From Basidiobolus meristosporus CBS 931.73 (Eukaryota > Fungi > Basidiobolomycota), in the NCBI GenBank assembly GCA_002104905.1, contig MCFE01000828.1, forward strand, positions 1 to 32,847: a stretch of DNA of 32,847 nt, given 5' to 3'. A program made the translations under genes and the position numbers. Numbering within the stretch: position 1 is the stretch's first letter; each line of letters begins with the position of its first letter. Positions 12,127 to 23,832 of this stretch are shown one piece after another. The notes beneath the pieces were generated by a model. The model did not search any database. It was not told the origin of the DNA and saw only the letters and a program-made list of their open reading frames with translations.

Positions 12127-15100
12127 AAAGTTGAGAGGGTTCTCCTGAATCTCTTTTCTTGTGATACCAATATCTTGATGGTTCAGTATTATCAGCAAGT
12201 CTTGCAAGCTTGAGTCTGTCCCTATGCACTAAGTCTTCCCGGATATTGCCTTGTTTGTCCACCAGTTGGTAAGTTGCAAATGGACATTCTCTGATGATCT
12301 TGAATGGTCCTGTCCATTGTGGCTCAAACTTCTTCCGAGTGTTGTTTCTTAGCAATACAAAGTTCCCAACTGTCAATGCTTCTGGTGCTATAGTCTTATC
12401 AAATCTCTGCTTCATCTTTTCTGCACTTTGAGATACTTTGGTCTGTGCCTCTTGACGTCTTTGTTCCAGTTGCTGGTGTCTACTTGGCTGACTGAGTTCA
12501 TCTTCTAAGGTGTCTGTAAGCTTTGGTTGTGTGAGATCTCCTGGAATCCTTGGTTCACATCCATAAACTAAGTAAAATGGTGATTGCTGGGTGGTGTTGT
12601 GTACTCTGACTCTGCATGCAAAGAGTGCTTGGTCTATATACTCATCCCATCTACTGACAACTCGATTTGCATACTTGGTCAGCATTTTTCCAAATAATCC
12701 ATTAAACCGCTCAGTGACTCCATTAGTTCTGGGGTGATATGCCGAGGTTTTCAAGTGTCTGATCTGCTGCATTTCCAGGTAAGCCTCTAATGTCTTTGCC
12801 ATAAAGTTTGCACCTCTATCGGATAAGATCTCCACAGGGCATCCAAACTTCATCAGGATCTCATGGTAAATGAAACTTGCAACTTCTTGTTCACTGGCTA
12901 TTGGTACAGCTTTAGCAACTGGCCATTTAGTGGCATGGTCAATTACTACTAGGATCCAACGGTTGCATTTCCTGGTAGTTGGCAGTCTTCCAATAAAGTC
13001 AATTCCCCATCTCTCAAATGGTCTTACAGGCTCCAAAGGGAAGAGTTTGGCAATTCTTTGTGGCTGGCCTTGATTGATTTGGCAGTTTGGGCATGTTTTT
13101 ACTAGCTTCTCAATGTCTTGTTTCATTCTGGGCCACCATGCTCTGGCTTTTACAAGGCTATAGGTTCCTTCAATCCCAAGATGTCCATATCCATTGTGTA
13201 GCTTATGTATTAAATCCAGGCGAGCAACATAAGGACAATAGGCAATAGGGCTTCCATCAACAATTCGGTAGAGTGTTTCATTCTGTACAACAAATTTGCT
13301 GGCCTCATCACGGATTATCTTCTTGATATCTTCATCCACCTCATTAGGAATGGCTTGGTCCTCCAAGTACTTTGGTAATAGGCTAGGCCAATCTGATTCA
13401 TGCACCAAGTTGAGTTGTGCAACTTGATCTAATCTTGATAAGGCATCAGCAACCGTGTTATTTTTTCCAGGACAGTAGACAATCTCCAGGTCAAATTGCT
13501 GAATGTATTCACTCCATCTTGTCATTCTTCTAGAGAGTACCTTCTGAGTAAATATATACTTGAGGGAGGCATGATCAGTCTTCACAGTGCATTTGACTCC
13601 TTCAATATAGCATCTCCATGTCTTCAAACAGTGTATTATAGCAAGCATCTCCTTCTCATGAACTGGATAGTTTTGTTCTGCTGAGTTCAGTTTCTTGGAT
13701 TCAAAGGCAACAGGGTAGTCCTTTCCCTTGTGTTCTTGGCTCAGCACTCCACCAATTGCATAATCTGAAGCATCTGTGCACAGAGTGAACTCTTTTCTGA
13801 AGTCTGGTATTCTTAAGCTTGGCAGCTTAGCAAGTTCATTCTTTAGTGTCTGGAAGGCAGTCTCACAAGCTATGTCCCACTTGTAGGTATTGTCTTTCTT
13901 GAGGATATCAGTTAAAGGGGCTGCAATACTTGCAAATGACTTGACAAATCTCCGATAATAGGAAACCATTCCAAGGAAGGATCTGAGTTCTGATATGCTA
14001 TGGGGCTGCTTCAAATTCTTGATTACTTCCACCTTCTTGGGGTCTAAGGTTACTCCTGTGCTAGTCACTATGTGTCCCAGATATTCTACGTGTTCCTTGA
14101 AGAATTCACACTTGGCTAGCTTGCCGTATAGCTTGTTCTCTCTTAGTTTCTTCAAGACCTTTTCAATGTGCACCATGTGATCCTTTTCTGTCTTGCTGTA
14201 TATCAATATGTCATCCAGGTAGATTATCACAAACTTGTCTAAGTACTCCTGAAAGACAGTCTGCATCAGCGTCATGAATGTTGCAGGGGCATTAGTGAGG
14301 CCAAAACTCATGACTAAGTACTCGTAATGTCCATATCTGGTCCTGAATGCTGTCTTAGGGATATCTTCTGGTTTCACCCTAATCTGGTTGTATCCTGACA
14401 TGAGGTCGATCTTGCTGAAAATAGTGGCTCCATTAAGTTGGTCCAAAAGCTCATCAATCCGAGGTATGGGGTACTTATTCTTGACGGTAACTGAGTTCAG
14501 GGCTCTGTAGTCAATGCACATCCTAAGTGTTCCATCCTTCTTTTTCACAAAAAGCACTGGTGCTCCCCAAGGTGACTTGCTGGGCCTGATGTATCCTTGC
14601 TCCAATAGCTGATCAATTTGTTTCTTCATTTCCTCCAATTCCAATGGACTCATTCTGTAAGGTGTCTTGCTCACTGGAGGGCTATCTCCTGTGTCAATGG
14701 CATGATCCACATCTCTGACTGGTGGTAGGCTTACAAGCTCATCTGGAAACACGTCTGAATATTTCTTCAAGAGAGTCTGGACCTGCTGGGGTGCTGGGAT
14801 AGAGGAATCCTCCTGTAATACCGCCATGAGGAACATCTGGGTACCTTTTCTAAGTGCTCTACAGAACTGGGTCTTGCTAAGTTCACTTGTCTCACACACA
14901 CTGGAATTGACCAAGTTGAAATCCAGCCTGGCAGGTAATAGCTCATAGGTCTTGTTGTCTTTTTGGATCTGAGTAGCATGGGTTCTCCAGTTGATTGATG
15001 GATTACGACAAAATAGCCAGGTTTTCCCAAGTACAAGGTCAAACTTGCAGTTCCCAAATATATAAGCCTGTAGGTCTTCTTCATAGTCATTGATCTTCAT

Positions 15101-16258
15101 TCTTACTGGCTGGGTAATACGGTTGATTATGTGGGAGTTCCCATCAGCTGTGGAGACTGAAGTTGATTTGGTAGGTTCCGAGTTGATTCCAGCTTTCAAA
15201 GCAAATTGCTCTGACATGTACTCATGCGATGCTCCTGAGTTAATCATGATCTTGGCAGGTACTCCATTGATTGCTCCATTCAGGTACAATAACTTCCCTG
15301 AGTTTGAAGTCATTTGGGACAAGTACTCTTCTGTCATATGGAAGGTGAGTTCCGAGTCTTCTTCAAGCTCATCTTCCTCATTATTGTGTTCATGGGACTC
15401 AATATGGTTGAAGGTTCTTGTTGGCTGGTGTCCATTTCTTCTCTGAGGGCAGTACTTTGCAATATGTCCCTGCTGGTGGCAATTGAAGCAAAGTCCTCTC
15501 TTCTTGCATTCTTCTGAGGAGGGATTCTTCTGCATAGCGTCTATTTCCATTGGTACTGCTTCTGATTGTCTTCTTTCATAATGATTATAGCCTTTCTGAC
15601 TAGTCACTGTAGGCTTCCCAACTCCAAACATAGCTGAGTCATAGTCAATGGCAATCTTGATGGCTTCTTCAATAGTCTGAGGTCTTCGGTAATTGACTTC
15701 CTTGCGAGTTCTTTCTTTCAACCCATCAATAAAGTATTCAACTTGATCCAAGGGGTCCATTCTTTCAATTTGTCCAAGTAGACATCTGTACTCATAGATG
15801 TATTCTTGCACCATTCCTTTCTGTCTGAGTGTCTTTAACTTCCTTCTTAGTAGTGTCTGCTGGTGTGGAGGTTCAAAAGCATCCTGAATTTCCGACACAA
15901 ACTCATCCCAGGTAGAGATTGTAGAGCATCCCATCATAGTAGCTGACCTGATCTTGTTGTGGTACCACTGTAAAGCTGCATCTGCCAGGTAAGAAGCTGC
16001 ATAATGCAACTTGCTCTCTGGAGCAATTCCTTTAGCTTTAAAAGCTTCTTCAATCTGAAAGAGCCAAGTTCCCAGGTTTTCATTGACTCTGCCATGGTAC
16101 CGGTTGACCTTCACACTAAAGTTGCTCTTGACAGGGCTTTGCTGGCTCTGAGCCATGGTAGTCATTCCTTGTTGCTGTTGGCTGAGGATCTGGAGTAGCT
16201 GTTGCTGTTGGGCCAGGATTTGCTGCATGGCATTCTTCCATTCTTGATTGTCCGACAT
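12125..16258 (-). CDS. gag-pol: Single-ORF Gag-Pol polyprotein, 1377 aa (Gag, CCHC knuckle, protease, RT, RNase H, integrase with GPY/F module; no chromodomain)
   Basis: [14 protein letters not shown]; protease MINSGAS (Asn at the catalytic Asp position); YLDD; TDAS, EKE, TDH and VADALS; HNGYGH...CPNC; IDF, SDRG and TER; WTGPFKI. Confidence 0.97.
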   Translation of the reverse strand: MSDNQEWKNAMQQILAQQQQLLQILSQQQQGMTTMAQSQQSPVKSNFSVKVNRYHGRVNENLGTWLFQIEEAFKAKGIAPESKLHYAASYLADAALQWYHNKIRSATMMGCSTISTWDEFVSEIQDAFEPPHQQTLLRRKLKTLRQKGMVQEYIYEYRCLLGQIERMDPLDQVEYFIDGLKERTRKEVNYRRPQTIEEAIKIAIDYDSAMFGVGKPTVTSQKGYNHYERRQSEAVPMEIDAMQKNPSSEECKKRGLCFNCHQQGHIAKYCPQRRNGHQPTRTFNHIESHEHNNEEDELEEDSELTFHMTEEYLSQMTSNSGKLLYLNGAINGVPAKIMINSGASHEYMSEQFALKAGINSEPTKSTSVSTADGNSHIINRITQPVRMKINDYEEDLQAYIFGNCKFDLVLGKTWLFCRNPSINWRTHATQIQKDNKTYELLPARLDFNLVNSSVCETSELSKTQFCRALRKGTQMFLMAVLQEDSSIPAPQQVQTLLKKYSDVFPDELVSLPPVRDVDHAIDTGDSPPVSKTPYRMSPLELEEMKKQIDQLLEQGYIRPSKSPWGAPVLFVKKKDGTLRMCIDYRALNSVTVKNKYPIPRIDELLDQLNGATIFSKIDLMSGYNQIRVKPEDIPKTAFRTRYGHYEYLVMSFGLTNAPATFMTLMQTVFQEYLDKFVIIYLDDILIYSKTEKDHMVHIEKVLKKLRENKLYGKLAKCEFFKEHVEYLGHIVTSTGVTLDPKKVEVIKNLKQPHSISELRSFLGMVSYYRRFVKSFASIAAPLTDILKKDNTYKWDIACETAFQTLKNELAKLPSLRIPDFRKEFTLCTDASDYAIGGVLSQEHKGKDYPVAFESKKLNSAEQNYPVHEKEMLAIIHCLKTWRCYIEGVKCTVKTDHASLKYIFTQKVLSRRMTRWSEYIQQFDLEIVYCPGKNNTVADALSRLDQVAQLNLVHESDWPSLLPKYLEDQAIPNEVDEDIKKIIRDEASKFVVQNETLYRIVDGSPIAYCPYVARLDLIHKLHNGYGHLGIEGTYSLVKARAWWPRMKQDIEKLVKTCPNCQINQGQPQRIAKLFPLEPVRPFERWGIDFIGRLPTTRKCNRWILVVIDHATKWPVAKAVPIASEQEVASFIYHEILMKFGCPVEILSDRGANFMAKTLEAYLEMQQIRHLKTSAYHPRTNGVTERFNGLFGKMLTKYANRVVSRWDEYIDQALFACRVRVHNTTQQSPFYLVYGCEPRIPGDLTQPKLTDTLEDELSQPSRHQQLEQRRQEAQTKVSQSAEKMKQRFDKTIAPEALTVGNFVLLRNNTRKKFEPQWTGPFKIIRECPFATYQLVDKQGNIREDLVHRDRLKLARLADNTEPSRYWYHKKRDSGEPSQL

Positions 16259-16304
16259 CTTGAGGGTGGTTTCTTCTTTCTTCAGGAGGGAGGTTTCTGG
16301 TTAT

Positions 16305-16315
16305 CGCTGCTACCA
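16305..16315 (-). promoter_or_regulatory. Primer-binding site complementary to the 3' end of initiator tRNA-Met
   Basis: TGGTAGCAGCG lies one base inside the 5' LTR boundary; TGGTAGC matches the ...GCUACCA end of yeast and animal tRNAiMet. Confidence 0.85.
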
Positions 16316-16316
16316 A

Positions 16317-16684
16317 TGTTACAAGTCTTGGTATAAGAGTTGTAGAGGAATAGGGAGTTTAGCTAGTATTGTATTCACTAAAACTTGAACTGATTTTTAT
16401 TGAGGTTCCAGCAGCTCCTTATATACATTTTGCCAGATCAATTGCTGACTAATTGTATTTCCTAATGTAGGTTGTGGCTGATGACTCATTTGATTGCATC
16501 ATCATCACCCAATAAGATCCTACTTAATATATCTATTTCTGTCTGATAAGGATCTGCTGATTCATTTGCTGACTAATGCTACTGATTTCATAGATAATAC
16601 TGATGTACTGATAACCTAAACATATACTAACTGATTTGACTAAAAACTGATCTAACTTAAACATTCAAGCGGCAGATCATAACA
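16317..16684 (-). repeat. 5' LTR of the young Ty3 element, with candidate TATA box, poly(A) signal and AP-1/Gcn4-type site
   Basis: Minus-strand TATATAA at 16419-16425 and AATAAA at 16396-16401; palindromic ATGACTCAT at 16481-16489; many TCAG repeats in U3. Confidence 0.97.
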
Positions 16685-16873
16685 ACTCAATAATATCCTA
16701 CCTAATATATCTATATCTGTCTGATAAGGATCTGCTGTTTCATTTGCTGACTAATGCTACTAATTTGATAGATAATACTGATGTACTGATAACCTGAACA
16801 TACAAATAACTGAATTGACTAAAAACTGATCTAACTTAAACATTCAAGCAGCAGATCATAACATTCTTGCCTG

Positions 16874-19800
16874 CTCAAGTTGAGAGGGTCTTCCTGAATC
16901 TCTTTTTCTGTGATACCAATATCTTGATGGTTCAGTATTATCAGCAAGTCTTGCAAGCTTGAGTCTGTCCCTATGCACTAAGTCTTCCCAGATATTGCCT
17001 TGTTTGCCCACTAATTGGTAAGTTGCAAATGGACATTTTCAGATGATCTTGAATGGTCCTGTCCATTGTGGCGCAAACTTCTTCCAAGAGTTCTTTCATA
17101 GCAGTACAAAGTTTCCCACTGTCAATGCTTCTGGTGTTATATTCTCATCAAATCCCTGCTTCATCTTTCTGCACTTTGAGATACTTTGGTCTGTGCCTCT
17201 TGACATCTTTGTTCCAGTTGCTGGTGTCTACTTGGTTGACTGTACTCATCTTCTAAGGTGTCTGTAAGCTTTGGTTGTGTGAGATCTCCTGGAATCCTTG
17301 GCTCACATCCATACACTAAGTAAAATGGCATTTGCTGGGTGGTGTTGTGTACTCTGACTCTGCATGCAAAGAGTGCTTGGTCTATATACTCATCCCATCT
17401 ACTGACAACTCCATTTGCATACTTGGCCAGCATTTTTCCAAATAATCCATTAAACCATTCATTGGCTCCATTAGTTCTGGGGTGATATGCCAAGCTTTTC
17501 AAGTGTATGATCTGCAGCATTTCCAGGTAAGCTTTCAATGTCTTTGCCGTAAAGTTTGTACCTCTATCAGTTAGGATCTCTACAGGGCATCCAAACTTCA
17601 TAAGAATCTCATGATAGATGAAACTTGCAACTTCTTGTTCACTGGCTATGGGTACAGCTTTAGCCGCTGGCCTGTTAGTGGCATAGTCAATTGCTACTAG
17701 GATCCAACAGTTGCATTTCCTGGCAGTTAGCAGTACTCCAATAGAGTTGATTCCCCATCATTCAAATGGTCCTAAAGGATCCAAGGGAAAGATTTCAGCA
17801 ATTCTCTGTGGTTGGCCTTGGTGATTTGGCAATTTGGGCATGTCTTCACTAGCTTCACAATGTCATGTTTCAATCTGGGCCACCATGCTCTGGCTTTTAC
17901 AAGGCTAAAGGTTCATTAAATTCCAAGATGTTCATATTTATTGTGTAGCTTATGTATTAAATCCAGGCAGGAAACATAAGGGCCATAGGCAATAGGGCTT
18001 CCATTAGCAATTTGGTAGAGTATTTGATCCTGTACTACAAAATTGCTGGCTTCATCCCGGATTTTCTTCTTGATATCTTCATCCACCTCATTAGGAATGG
18101 CTTGGTCCTCCAAGTACCTTGGTAATAGGCTAGGCCAATCTGATTCATGTACCAAGTTGAGTTGTACAACTTGATCTGATCTTGATATGGTGTCAGCAAC
18201 CGTGTTGTTTTTTCCAGGGTAGTAGACAATCTCCAAGTCAAATTGCTGAATGTATTCACTCCATCTTGTCATTCTTCTAGTGAGTACCTTCTGAGTAAAC
18301 ATATACTTGAGGGAGGCATGATCAGTCTTTACAGTGCATTTGATTCCATCAGTATAGCATCTCCATGTCTTCAAGCAGTGTACTATAGCAAGCATCTCCT
18401 TCTCATGCACTGGATAGTTCTGTTCTGCTGAGTTCAGTTTCTTGGATTCAAAGGCAACAGGGTAGTCCTTTCCCTTGTGTTCTTGGCTCAACACTCCACC
18501 AATTGCCTAATCTGAAGCATCTGTGCACATAGTAAACTCTTTTCCAAAGTCCAGCATTCTTAATCTTGGCAGCTTAGCAAGTTCCTTCTTGAGCATCTGG
18601 AAGGTATTTCACAAGCTATGTCCCACTTGTAGGTATTGTCTTTCTTAAGGATATTAGTTAAAGGGGCTGCGGTACTTGCAAAGAACTTGACAAATCTCCA
18701 ATAATAGGAAACCATACCAAGGATGATCTGAGCTCTGATATGCTATGGGGCTGCTTCAGATTCTTGATAACTTCAACCTTTTTAGGGTCTAAGGTTACTC
18801 CTGTGCTAGTCACTATGTGTCCCAGATATTTAACGTGTTCCTTGAAGAATTCACACTTGGATAGCTTGCCATAAAGCTTGTTCTCACTTAGCTTCTTCAA
18901 GACCTTTTCAATGTGCACCAAGTGATCCTCTTCTATCTTGCCATATATCAATATATCATCAAGGTAGATTATGACCAACTTATCTAAGTGCTCCTGGAAG
19001 ACAGTCTGCATCAGGGTAATGAATGTTGCAGGGGCATTGGTGAGGCTAAAACTCATAACTAAGTACTTGTAATGTGCGTAGCTGATCCTGGATGCTGCCT
19101 TAGGGATGCCTTCTGGCTTCACCCTGATCTGGTTGTATCCTGAAATGAGGTCAATCTTGCTAAGAATAGTGGCACCATTGAGTTGGTCCAAAAGCTCATC
19201 AATCCAAGGTATGGGGTACTTATTCTGCACAGTAACTGAGTTGAGGGCTCTGTAGTCAATGCACATCATAAGTGTTCCATCCTTCTTCTTCACAAAAAGT
19301 ACTGGTGCTTGCCAAGGTGACTTGCTGGGTTGGATATATCCTTGCTCCAATAACTGATCTACTTGTCTCTTCATCTCTTCTAACTCCAATGGACTCATTC
19401 TGTAGGATGTCTTACTCACTGGAGGGCTATATCCTGTTTCAATGGCATGATCCACATCTCTGACTGGTGGTAGGCTTACATGCTCTTCTAGAAATACATC
19501 TGAACATTCCTTCAAGAGAGTCTGGACCTGCTGGGGTACTGGATTAGAGGAATCCTCCTGTAATACTGCCATGAGGAACATCTGGGTGCCTTTTCTTAGT
19601 GCTCTACAGAACTGAGTCTTGCTAAGTCCACTTGTTTCACACACACTGGAATTGACCAAGTTAAAATCCAGTTTGGCAGATAATAGCTCACAGTTCTGGT
19701 TGTTCTTCTGGATCTGAATAGCATGAGTTCACCAGTTGATTGATGGATCACAACAAAATAGCCAGGTTTTTCCAAGTACAAGGTCAAGCTTGCAGTTCCC

Positions 19801-21001
19801 AGATATATAGGCCTGTAGATATTCTTCATAGTTATTGATCTTTATCCTTACTGGCCGAGTACTACGGTCAATTATGTAAGAGTTCCCATCAGCTGTTGAG
19901 ACTGAAGTTGATTTGGTGGGTTCCAAGTTGATTCCAGCTTTCAAAGCAAATTGCTCTGACATGTACTCATGCAATGCTGCTGAGTCAATCATGATCTTGG
20001 CAGGTACTCTGTTGATTACTCCATTAAAGCATAGTAGTTTTCCTGAGTTTGGGGCCATCTGGGATAGGCATTCTTCTGTAATATGGAAGGTAAGTTCTGA
20101 GTCTTCTTCAAGTTCATCTTCCATGTTACTATGCTCCATGGCCTCAATATGGTTAAAGGCTCTTGATGGCTGGTGTCTATTTCTTCTCTGAGGGCAGTAC
20201 TTTGCATTATGTCCCTGCTGGTGGCAATTGAAGTAAAGTCCTCTCTTCTAACATACTTATGAGTTAGGATTCTTCTGCATAGCATCTATTTCCATTGGCA
20301 CTGCTTCTCATTGTCTTCTTTCACAGTAACTGTAGCCTCTCTGATTAGTCATTGTGGGCTTCCCAACCCCAAACATTGCTGAGTCATAGTTAATGGCATT
20401 CTTGTTGGCTTCTTCAATAGTCTGAGGTCTTTGATAGCTCACTTCCTTAAAAGTTCTTTCTTTCAACCCATCAATAAAGTATTCAACTTGATCCAGAGGA
20501 TCCATTCTTTCAGTTTGCCTCAGTAGACATCTATACTTGTAGATGTACTCTTGGACTATTCCTTTCTGTCCGAGTGTCTGCAACTTTCTTCTAAGTAATG
20601 TCTGTTGGTGTGGGGGCTCAAAGACATCCTGATTTTGCAACAAAAGCTCATCCCAGGTAGGGATTGTAGAGCATTCCATCATGGTGGCTGACCTGATCTT
20701 GTTGTGGTGTCACTGTAAAGCTGTGTCTGCCAGGTAAGAGGCTGCATAATGCAACTTGCATTCTGGAGCAATTTTTAGCCTTGAAAGCTTCTTCAATCTG
20801 GAAGAGCCAAGTTCCCAGGTCTTCATTGACTCTACCATGGTACCAGTTGACCTTCACACTGAAGTTGCTCTTGACAGGGTTTTGCTGGCTATGGGCCATA
20901 GTAGTTGTTCCATGTTGCTGCTGGCTAAGGATCTGGAGTAACTGTTGCTGCTGGGCCAGGATTTGTTGCATAGCATTCTTCCATTCTTGATGTTGGGACA
21001 T
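16874..21001 (-). pseudogene. gag-pol: Decayed gag-pol of the older Ty3 copy
   Basis: Collinear with 12125-16258 along its whole length with many stops and frameshifts (ORF pieces 20648-21001, 20308-20682, 19729-20139, 18658-19659, 17916-18494, 17161-17601). The protease motif here reads MIDSAA. Confidence 0.96.
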
Positions 21002-21059
21002 CTTGAGGGAGGCTTCTTCTTTCTTCAGGAGAGATATTTCTGGTTATTGCTGCTACCAA

Positions 21060-21425
21060 TGTTACAAGTCTTGGTATAAGAGTTGTAGAGGAATAGGGAG
21101 TTTAGCTAGTATTGTATTCACTCAAACTTGACCTGATCTTTACTGAGATTCCAGCAGCTCCTTATATACATTTTGCCCGATCAATTGCTGACTAATTGTA
21201 TTTCCTAGTGTAGGGTGTGCCTGATGACTCATTTGATTGCATCATTATCACTAAATAAGATCCTACTTAATATATCTATTTCTGTCTGATAAGGATATTC
21301 TGATTCATTTGCTGACTAATGCTACTGATTTGATAGATAATACTGATATACTGATAACCTAAACACAACTAATTGAATTGCTAAAAACTGATCTAACCTA
21401 AACATTCAAGCGGCAGATCATAACA
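21060..21425 (-). repeat. 5' LTR of the older Ty3 copy
   Basis: TGTTACA...CATAACA, adjacent to the PBS and flanked by TSD ACTG. Confidence 0.96.
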
Positions 21426-21429
21426 ACTG

Positions 21430-23480
21430 ATTCCACTCCAAATTAAAAGATAACTTTTAATAATGGATCATAGATCTTGGCACTTCAATTGAGCATTTGT
21501 TTGCATGCTCTGCCACCCTATTTTACTGTTGGCAGTATGGTACAGTAGTCTTGTGTAGTGGCTTTAAGCTTCCTGTATGTAAACAGAGCATCTTCCTTTC
21601 TTTCCATAAAGTTGACCCACATTTATCTTGTATAATCATCAAAAAAGTGTTGAAATACATCATCCTGCTATAGGATAGTTTTCATTGATTCACACAATAT
21701 AAGTGAATTAGCTCTAATCTTTTGTCTGCTTTGATTAACCTGGAGCTCCTGAGTGGGTGCTTGCTTGTTTCCCTTACATGCAGGCTTTGCATGGCTCAAA
21801 ACCTGCAGGAGGATCAAATTTTCCTCCAGATATTAGCTGATTAATGATCTTTTGGGCAACTTGTCAAAGCTGATATGCTCAAGTCTCCTATGCCAAAGCA
21901 TTGGTGTTTCCTTACTTTAGTCACTTAGATTGGCTTCCAGGTATGCTGAATATAAGTCAACTTGTTTATATTCTGACCTCTGATACCCAAAGAAATATTG
22001 GCACCATTTTTGTCAGTGATCCTGCATCCATAATCATCAAAACTTAAGTTGAGTCATTCTGCTATGGCCTTGCATGCAGATAGTGGATACTTGGCAATTT
22101 CTGGTACATAGAGTACTTCCTTGTAGATAAATGTGCTGCTTTCTTCATTGATTCTAAGACTTACTTGCATAGCTCCTTCAACTGCGCTAAGTGTTCTATT
22201 GTCACTCATAAGTACCTTCATAATCTGAATTTCTTAATTTTTGGTTCAAAGTTCTTGTTAGCATGTAAGCTGTAGAGATGCTCCAGAGTCAATAAAACAC
22301 AATGGAGAATACTTGCTTGCAGTCTTGCTTAGTGCAGAAATGAGCAGTCTAACTTTTATTGTATATTTCCATATTTTGGCTTCTTTTGCTGAGTCTATCT
22401 GAACTTGAGGCACCAGTCTGATATGTGTCCTGTCCATTTGCAATAGTTCCAAAACAGTTTGCTCTCACCTCTAAGAGTCTTCAGTACCTTCTTTGTGTTG
22501 TAAAAGTTTGTAATCTACTGTAATCTTTGCCCAACTTGGCTACTTAGATCATGACCTACACATCTTAGAGAATCTGTCAAGTTTCTGTTGGGATTCACTT
22601 AAAATATTTTCACCAAAATGCTAGGTACCCAGAACATGAAATTATGAGAGTTATGCAAACAGCCCCAAGACTTGCATACATGTCCTTGGGACCTACTGAG
22701 CCTATTACACATGTTTCCTGTGCTAAGAGTATGCAAAAGTATAAGTATTACTTTTGAATTCACTAAATCATCAAGTGAAAACAATAACATGCTTGCTCTC
22801 CCAGTCACTTTAAGTATATCCAAAGCTCTCACAACACTTTTTAGTTATCATGGCTTTCTGAAGCATGTGCTTCTTTCTTCTAATTGGTGCTTGATTCTCT
22901 TTAATCTTTGTCCAGGAGCCTTCCATATGTCTAATTCAAGATCAAATATTAGGTTCTGGACTCTATGGCAGAAACAAGGCCCTGAAACTTGCAATTCAGG
23001 ATGGGAACTATGACATCTTCATCAGTAGCTGGTACATACACGCAATCCATCTCATCCACCAAAAGAGTAATTCTGTTAAAGATATTTCTCACTTCATCTC
23101 TTAGCAGCATCTTTGGAGTAAGGAATTTTTGTCTGAGATGCATTATCTTATTGACTGAACATGATCAGTATGTGTGTTCTGATACATTCCAGGCATTCTC
23201 TGCTGTCTTTGCTGTTTAGCATTGAGTTAGCAATTTGTCTTTACATTGAGTCAAATGCCATGAAAGGCACTATGCTCTTTCTTCTTGTACTTCAAGGTAT
23301 CCTCTCCTATATTCTTAGGAGGGCATCCTTTTCCTTAAACAATATCCTAAAGACCTCTTTCTTGTAGTAGCATTTTCATGTGCATCCTCTACACTTAGCA
23401 GTTAGAGCCATACATATTTTGAGCAGAGGGAACAACTTCAGTTGTAGCAATTGTAAACATTGCAGACAGTGACTGCTTAA
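21430..23480 (-). pseudogene. Copia family C gag, protease and integrase N-terminal part (degenerate), split by a solo LTR
   Basis: Gag KTAENAWN..., MHLRQKF...DEDVIV.IL...FQGLVSAIES; protease CFIDSGAS; WHRRLEHISF-like segment (~21880-21905); integrase TTVPY.QQ.NRVAE. Confidence 0.85.
22496..22836 (+). repeat. Solo Copia family C LTR inserted in reverse orientation into gag of the same family
   Basis: TGTTGTA...CTCACAACA, 341 bp. Flanks CTTTG (22491-22495) and CTTTT (22837-22841) form a 5-bp TSD with one mismatch. Confidence 0.85.
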
Positions 23481-23491
23481 AGGTCATAACC
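23481..23491 (-). promoter_or_regulatory. Degenerate half-tRNA(iMet) primer-binding site
   Basis: GGTTATGACCT directly after the LTR end ACAACA; degenerate version of GGTTATGAGCCC seen at 24768-24779. Confidence 0.7.
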
Positions 23492-23832
23492 TGTTGTAAC
23501 AGTTGTGGAGATAATGGAAGTATTTGGGAGATAAAGTTGATCATATTGTTTGCACTGAATGACTTATTGAACATAAAAGTAGCAATTACTTGTACATTAT
23601 CTTGGAATAGCAAGCATATGGTACAGGAAGGTCGCAAGAATATGTGCAAAAAGTTTAAGGCTGTTTGCACAGCTTTGATAATTTTCATGCTCTGGGTACC
23701 TGATATTTTGGCAAAAATATTCTAAGTAAGTCCCAACCAAGAATTTGGCCTGCATACTCTAAGACTATCGGGTATTGAATTAAGAGACTAAGTTAGGTGA
23801 ATATTTAGGTGAAATTACAAATTTTTACAATA
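23492..23832 (-). repeat. 5' LTR of the Copia family C element
   Basis: 341 bp, aligns with the other family C LTRs, followed by PBS and gag. Confidence 0.85.

Larger units (their letters stand above)
11747..16684 (-). mobile_element. Young full-length Ty3/Gypsy LTR retrotransposon (4938 bp); TSD ACTC
   Basis: Two 368-bp LTRs with TGTTA...TAACA ends, differing only at 11912 (G) versus 16482 (T). ACTC at 11743-11746 and 16685-16688. PBS, PPT and one unbroken ORF. Confidence 0.98.
11554..21425 (-). mobile_element. Older Ty3/Gypsy copy with its 3' LTR split by the young copy; TSD ACTG
   Basis: 5' LTR 21060-21425; 3' LTR halves 11554-11746 and 16689-16863 (193 + 175 = 368 bp). ACTG at 11550-11553 and 21426-21429. 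PBS at 21048-21058. Roughly 25 LTR differences by eye. Confidence 0.95.
9090..23832 (-). mobile_element. Old full-length Ty1/Copia family C element carrying nested insertions (two Ty3 copies and a solo LTR)
   Basis: Order on the minus strand: 5' LTR 23492-23832, PBS 23481-23491, gag, protease DSGAS (~22280), integrase, RT, RNase H, PPT 9439-9446, 3' LTR 9090-9438. The integrase reads through the Ty3 insertion site (TTVPYCQQ*NRVAEHAN | ESVATDVYL...LFGRVAY). No matching TSD was found and the LTRs are strongly diverged, so single-element status is inferred. Confidence 0.75.

Noticed and set aside
16116-16316. 66-aa upstream ORF starting in the PBS
   Set aside because: Non-ATG start at the LTR boundary, out of frame with gag, and not kept open in other copies.
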